Shown here in pieces: positions 58,633 through 64,000 of a stretch of 64,000 bases of DNA (its first letter is position 1; each line of letters begins with the position of its first letter). The notes beneath the pieces are model-generated. The model was given only the letters and a program-made list of their open reading frames with translations. It did no database searches and was not told where the DNA came from. Position numbers and translations under genes: made by a program. This stretch comes from Coniocarpon cinnabarinum. Taxonomy: Eukaryota. The stretch lies in the NCBI GenBank assembly GCA_051942205.1, contig JAVECO010000061.1, positions 1 to 64,000 on the forward strand, written 5' to 3'.

Positions 58633-59120
58633 TTCTGGGGAGAATAAGAGATTTGTGTCCGCCTCAACGAGAACAACATTATTTCAATGATGAGAGTTAG
58701 ACGAGCAAAACGGTAGGAAGCTAGACCCTCATCTAGATAGCCGAACCGCGGCAAAACAACATTCTTGCCTGATTATTGAGGGTCGAGACCCTTTGCCCAA
58801 TACTGGGGACAAATTAGTGCCAATTCTTCCATGCCAACGGAGTCGGAGCGATCGAAGTCGAAGATGTTCGGCGCACGGTCGTATGCGAAAGAAGGCTCAT
58901 AAGGCGTTGATGCCGTCACAAAATCTGCGCGTGCGCTGAAGCCCCTCCTCTTGTATACGGTGTGGCGCCAGCTGAACATTGACCGTAGGCTTCGTCGCGA
59001 ATGCATTAGCATAGATGGATTTGGTGAGGAGTCATATGCGAGAATTATGCTCCACTAAAGTGTCGGGACAGCCCTTCGCCGCTCCGCACGTGTGAAATTT
59101 CAAGAGTTGTGTTTGTTCTG

Positions 59121-59636
59121 TCAGCTCTTCATTGAACCTTCATGTTCACCCTCCTCTTCAACGCTCTCTTCCAGGGCATCGTCCGAAGCTTCGGTCTCGT
59201 CTTGAGCACCTGCAAACTTGATCTCTTCCGCCAGCTTCTTGTATTTCCGCTTGCTCTTCTTCACGCTATTGGCCTTCTTCTTTTTCTCTCTTTCAGCCTT
59301 GATCGCATTTCTGCTCTGATCGCCAAGCTGTAATTCTTCTATCCTTTCGGCTAGCCTTCTTCGCGCGACTGTGCGGTTCTGCGACCGTGATCGAGTAGCT
59401 TGACATTTGATATGAATGCCAGTCGGGTGATGAATCAGCTGCACTTGCGACGATGTCTTGTTAATCTTCTGGCCGCCAGAGCCACCGCCTTTGATAAAGT
59501 TCTCTGTGATATCATTTTCGTCTATCTTCAGACGCGGTGGGAGTTGCTGCGAGAGGAGGATTGTGGATGTGTGGATGGTGCGGTGGGGACTCCCGCGCGC
59601 TGCGTGAATATGGGAAAGCAGGCGCTCCCAAAGCAT
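59121..59636 (-). CDS. Mitochondrial GGQ release-factor homologue (C12orf65/MTRFR-like)
   Basis: FIKGGGSGGQKINKT, HHPTGIHIKCQATRSRSQNR and a basic C-terminal helix. No codon-recognition domain. Confidence 0.9.
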   Translation of the reverse strand: MLWERLLSHIHAARGSPHRTIHTSTILLSQQLPPRLKIDENDITENFIKGGGSGGQKINKTSSQVQLIHHPTGIHIKCQATRSRSQNRTVARRRLAERIEELQLGDQSRNAIKAEREKKKKANSVKKSKRKYKKLAEEIKFAGAQDETEASDDALEESVEEEGEHEGSMKS

Positions 59637-60035
59637 TGCATAATGACCGATATAGAAGTTTTCGTTCGATGCGTCAAATATGCTTCGGTCCCGCTTAGCG
59701 GTATTCTATATTGCTCCGTGCCTTAGGAAGTACTGAGCTCAGGATCTAAGAAATGCTGTAAACTCAAATATAAGGAACATGTGGTCCGTGCGCAAATTCG
59801 TGTTGAAAGGAGTCCAAAGAGTCGCACTCATATTGCTTTTTTACCAACCCACGAATGCTCTACGCTCCCATTGGCGACACGACGTTACTCATCGAGATCT
59901 CGGAACAAGTGGCTCTCCTTGAGAGGCTCCATTAAGTCATACACATCGCTGCTATCAGACCCGGCGACTGAGTATTCCTATCTCGTCGAAAGAGTCAGCT
60001 TCAGGACTGTGACTCTTGGATGCACATTTGAGAAG

Positions 60036-60609
60036 ATGTACGCTCCTTCGGTATTGCAAGCAATTTTGGCCGTGGTTTTGGCTTCTCTCGTTGTCCCTTT
60101 TCTCCTCTGGCCGGAATACACGCTCCAGACACTGCGCAAGAAGCGTTATCAATATGAGGTCACATTCGGATTGTACATGCTGACGCCAACGGAGAAGTTC
60201 ATCCTCAGTATGCGCCAACGCTCTCTCTCATGTTATGCAGCTAACCAGAGTTACAGACTCAATCTTCTTCCTGATCATCTCCATGGTCACACTTGCGACA
60301 GTCATCTACCTCCCATCGCACATCCGCTATGTCGCGAAACGTATCTTCTACTACTTGTCCGGCCAATTTCACTATCCCTCGTTATCCTCAGTCAGCGATG
60401 GCATCGGCTCCATTCAAGATAGATTGCAATCTTCTTTCAGCGATGCATCCGCCGAGCAGCTGTACCAAGTCTCACAGAATGTCGTGGAAGGAGCTTCGGA
60501 TATGGCGAAGGGAATGCTGGCAGCCGCGGCGGGTCAGATGGGCGCAGCTTCGAGTAGTGGTCCAGATCAGACGGTATCCTCGAGTTTTGATGCGCCCATT
60601 CAACCATGA
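60036..60609 (+). CDS. Serine palmitoyltransferase small subunit-like membrane protein
   Basis: Intron 60208-60256 joins YQYEVTFGLYMLTPTEKFIL to NSIFFLIISM..YLPSH. Confidence 0.8.
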
Positions 60610-60814
60610 TTGAGCGTTCGCCGACGCATCACAGAATCCTAGCAATGGATGTTTATCACTGTTGTCAGGTCCCTGTTCGTGGAGGCGACACGTGGCAGAA
60701 CTCATCACCCAGCCGAGGGACAGCATGTTCGTTCTAGCGCAACAAGTGTGTCTGCTGTGCGTGTGGCAAGACCGAGCGAGATATCAGAGTACTTCCCCAC
60801 AATAGTAGCTCGGG

Positions 60815-62251
60815 TCATCTGAGGCTCATAATCATGTTGGCAGGCTGCTCCAGATTGTGTTTGACGACCTCTGCAGCCCTGGCAACGCTGGCACCATCAA
60901 CGAAGCGATGATCGGCGCTCCAACTAAGGATGCATTCTTCCCGTCGAATTACATTGCCAGCATCATCGAAAGCTGGCACGAGTTTTGCCTTGCCCACACC
61001 GATAATGGCGCTTTGACCTTCGACAATGACAGGGCTTACAACGCCACCACCAATACTTCCGACGTTGCTTACTGTAATCGTACCACCACTAAGGTCGGAG
61101 CCGGTCAACTTGCCTTCCCGGCCTGATGAGCCTAGACGAGAAATTTCTGCTGCGATTTCAGGGATAGACAGAGTCTGCACGGATTTGATGACAGGCACAA
61201 GAAGCCCTTGGGGTGTGTCAACAGCGATACCAATATTGTGGTGGACACGGTAATGCAGCTGAGGTTTGGACTGATCTGCTACGTCAAGCCGAGCATTTAA
61301 AACTGGGAATTTTGACATAGCGATCGACACAGCCTTGACAATGAATGCAAGCGCAGAACTTTTTGGTACACCGCTCTGCTGCTCAAAAGATTTTCTTACA
61401 CGGTTCAGATTGCCAAAGTCGAGAGAATCGGTGTAGAGAAAGTGAGGAATATGTAATGACTTGGTCATGGATTTGAACATCTGATTTTGGATGGGCGTGA
61501 GTGGCATTGTCTTGTCTTCTTGTGTTAATTTAAAAGGCACCGTGCTCGTGCTGCCTTCGGACTGCCTTTTCTGATGATTGAGTACATCTTCTTTTAACAC
61601 ACGACCTTCCTTACCGGTTCCTTGTACATTCACAATCTCGATGCCAAGCGTTTTGGTCAAATGTCTAACAGCTGGCGTGGCTAGTGTCCGGTGCTTGCTC
61701 GGGTTGTTACTTCGTGTGCTTGACGACATGGTGTCAAGTCGAGCCTCCATAAGCTCTGCCTCGCTCTCGTCGGGTCGAGCCGGCTGGCCTTCAGCCGTTG
61801 CGTCCTCGTTTGGAGCATCTTGACTTCGTGGAACTTGAGTCGCTTTGGCCTGTTCCTCAGGTGGTGTGGTATAGGCCTCATCCTCGGGTGATAGTTCAGA
61901 TTGGATGTCAATATCAACAAGTGGCCTTCCGACTTGAGCCATCTCATTGGCTTCATAGTGTAATTTCTGAATGATACCATCGAAGCGAGATGATATCTCA
62001 GTGATTGCTTTATCTGATTGAACCTCACATATCTTTTGGAATTGTTCCACGCGCGCACCTGGTTTCACGAACCATTGTATAATTTCAACCTCGCGGATAC
62101 CTTCACCAATATCTGCAAGTAGGTATGGCTGTACTTTCTGCAGAATACTTGAGACATGCAGTTTGCGCACGTGCTTCACTGGTCCTGGATGTGCGAGAAG
62201 AGAAGTGACGCTCGCTCGACCGCGCAGTAAGCTCGCAGATCGGGAAGCCAT
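60815..62251 (-). CDS. Branched-chain alpha-keto acid dehydrogenase E2 (dihydrolipoamide transacylase)
   Basis: Lipoyl domain LADIGEGI..EVQSDKA, E3-binding LATPAVR..GTGKEGRVLKED, catalytic WSADHRFVDG. First ATG is at 62251. Confidence 0.93.
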   Translation of the reverse strand: MASRSASLLRGRASVTSLLAHPGPVKHVRKLHVSSILQKVQPYLLADIGEGIREVEIIQWFVKPGARVEQFQKICEVQSDKAITEISSRFDGIIQKLHYEANEMAQVGRPLVDIDIQSELSPEDEAYTTPPEEQAKATQVPRSQDAPNEDATAEGQPARPDESEAELMEARLDTMSSSTRSNNPSKHRTLATPAVRHLTKTLGIEIVNVQGTGKEGRVLKEDVLNHQKRQSEGSTSTVPFKLTQEDKTMPLTPIQNQMFKSMTKSLHIPHFLYTDSLDFGNLNRVRKSFEQQSGVPKSSALAFIVKAVSIAMSKFPVLNARLDVADQSKPQLHYRVHHNIGIAVDTPQGLLVPVIKSVQTLSIPEIAAEISRLGSSGREGKLTGSDLSGGTITVSNVGSIGGGVVSPVIVEGQSAIIGVGKAKLVPAFDDAGNVIRREECILSWSADHRFVDGASVARAAEVVKHNLEQPANMIMSLR

Positions 62252-62778
62252 TGCCACCGATTCCTGAAGCAAACTTGTCTTGTTTTGTTTTTAATCTTGC
62301 GTAGTAAGGGTTTTAGGTCATGATTTCTCGCGTTATGAATACATTTTTTTGTCAGCTGAATTTGCTCAGTAGATACTTGACTTCATGGCATCGAGCGATG
62401 CTTTTGAGTCCATCTGACCAGGCATTCTTTACAAGGCCATTATAGGAATAGCAACTTTCAGCTGAGCGTGAGTTCTCTTGTGCCACACAGCGTACAATAA
62501 TATTCGGAGATGCAAAGTAATAGGTGAGAAAAGTATGTCATCGGCATGTCAGTAAGGATAGTGCTAGGGAGCGCTAATGTCAGGGACTTCGCGGGGTTTC
62601 GAGCCCCAATTCGTGAGAGCACGTGGGGCTAGCGGCGTCTACCTGCACCGGGTTTCGCTTTACATGCCATTCTTGCTTTGATACAGCCAGTAATCAGTGC
62701 TTGACTTCACAAACACCACACACAACTCGAATCAAGCTTCATGTCATGGTCTAGTTGAGAGCCCGCAATCGATACAAT

Positions 62779-63528
62779 ATGCCAAAAGGCAAGCCCCGTA
62801 CCCACGCCCATGCGCCCTCTCTTTCGCCTGGACAGGCTCCCGCATACCTGCTTCATCAACAACCGCAACAATCTCAAAGTCAAGCATTACCCCTTCAAAC
62901 CCATTATCAGACACGCACAACTGCTTCCCTAAACCTCTCAGTCCTCCAACGCCATAATCCCTACATCAGCCACATCCTCTCCATCGCGCCCTTTGCAGTC
63001 GTATACACCTTCACCCAAAGCACCGTACAGAGCAAAGAGCCTGGTTGGGAAAAAACAGGCGTTGAAGGAACGCTGTTCGTCGTCGCGTTAGATCATCAAG
63101 ACGGCAATGAGCGGTATGGAGTCATGGTCCTGAATCGTAAAGGTCTCGAGAACTTTGAGATGGAGCTACATCGCACGGAAGACGTCGAAGTGAGTGGAGA
63201 GTTCGTGATAATACAAGGGCAAGATGAAGACGAGGAGATGGGCATCACTGGCTTGTGGATTTTTGCAAACCACAACGGCGAAGGTGGCGGTGGTTCGGGA
63301 AATGAACAAAGCCAGGAAGACTTGAGGAGTCTGATTGCAGGTGTGATTACTGAATGTGCTGGACGGGCAGAAGCCAGCCAGAAGAGATTGGGCGAATACG
63401 CGCAGCCAAACAAAAGACGAGGGTACGGTGCGATGGGGTTTGATGGCGCTGAGGACGAGACAAACACGAATGGCGCCGATGTGCTGCAAAGTCTGTTTGC
63501 ACGGGCAAGGAGTGGACAGACTGCGTAG
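62779..63528 (+). CDS. DCP1: mRNA-decapping enzyme subunit Dcp1 (EVH1 domain)
   Basis: LNLSVLQRHNP, WEKTGVEGTLFV, VLNRKGLENF and GLWIF motifs. Confidence 0.9.
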   Translation: MPKGKPRTHAHAPSLSPGQAPAYLLHQQPQQSQSQALPLQTHYQTRTTASLNLSVLQRHNPYISHILSIAPFAVVYTFTQSTVQSKEPGWEKTGVEGTLFVVALDHQDGNERYGVMVLNRKGLENFEMELHRTEDVEVSGEFVIIQGQDEDEEMGITGLWIFANHNGEGGGGSGNEQSQEDLRSLIAGVITECAGRAEASQKRLGEYAQPNKRRGYGAMGFDGAEDETNTNGADVLQSLFARARSGQTA

Positions 63529-64000
63529 ATTCATACTTGTCCGCAAGAGCCGAATTGTCGGCAGTGTATGATTAGGATGAATGGTGCTAACGCCTGTTAC
63601 GCCTCTTCCCTTGGTTCCAGATTTGAATTGGCTCGATATCTGGAGGAGTCATGTTCACTACTGATGTCCAGTCACGATGTAATTCTTCAATTGTGGCAAA
63701 TGGAGAACGGTTTTGGAGTGATGGTCGCGGACACTCACGGCAAGTGCCAGGGACAAAAGTCGTTGCTAGATCCCCGTACAAGCGACAAGCTTGTGCGGCG
63801 GAGGTATCTCATTGTACGAAGCTTTAAGTACACCGGCGAAAACTTCTTGCTACTCATGAAGGGCTAGAGTAAATGCAGATGAGCTCCTGCGCCGGATGAT
63901 TTCGAAGATGGACGGACTCAAAACCCTGCCCAGATGGATATGATACAAATACCAGATGCAGTAATACGCGCGCACGTGGCTGCATGTGGCTCAAGACATC

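Overview
Eukaryotic DNA from a filamentous ascomycete (short GT-AG introns with CTRAC branch points, RIP-type mutation). Bases 1-~3430 are an AT-rich, RIP-degraded repeat block holding a solo LTR with a 5-bp target-site duplication. The rest is GC-balanced and gene-dense. Housekeeping genes: EBP2, tigA-type PDI, TFIIIC B-block subunit, UreD, mitoribosomal uL4m and mL38, mtIF3, ATG16, type I DnaJ, mt GluRS, MKT1, an SDR, a heme-thiolate peroxygenase, a peroxisomal hydrolase, a GGQ release-factor homologue, an SPT small subunit, BCKDH E2 and DCP1. An accessory island of orphan genes spans ~17.2-29.5 kb. The best candidate for a new system is a head-to-head pair in that island. A single-pass membrane protein (19118-20160, -) has one copy of a putative amyloid motif (SGVTDNRVGSHGYQHF) in its cytoplasmic N-tail. 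The neighbouring SesA/HeLo-like protein (20461-21972, +) has two matching copies near its C-terminus. This is the R0/R1-R2 arrangement of fungal amyloid signalling, but with a surface receptor in place of an NLR. Also notable: a possible PemK/MazF-like orphan beside the pair, two diverged orphan paralogues, a tRNA-Gly(GCC) with five G:U pairs in its acceptor stem (including G3:U70), and a RIP-marked 15-bp minisatellite. All family calls come from motif recognition by eye; no database search was run.
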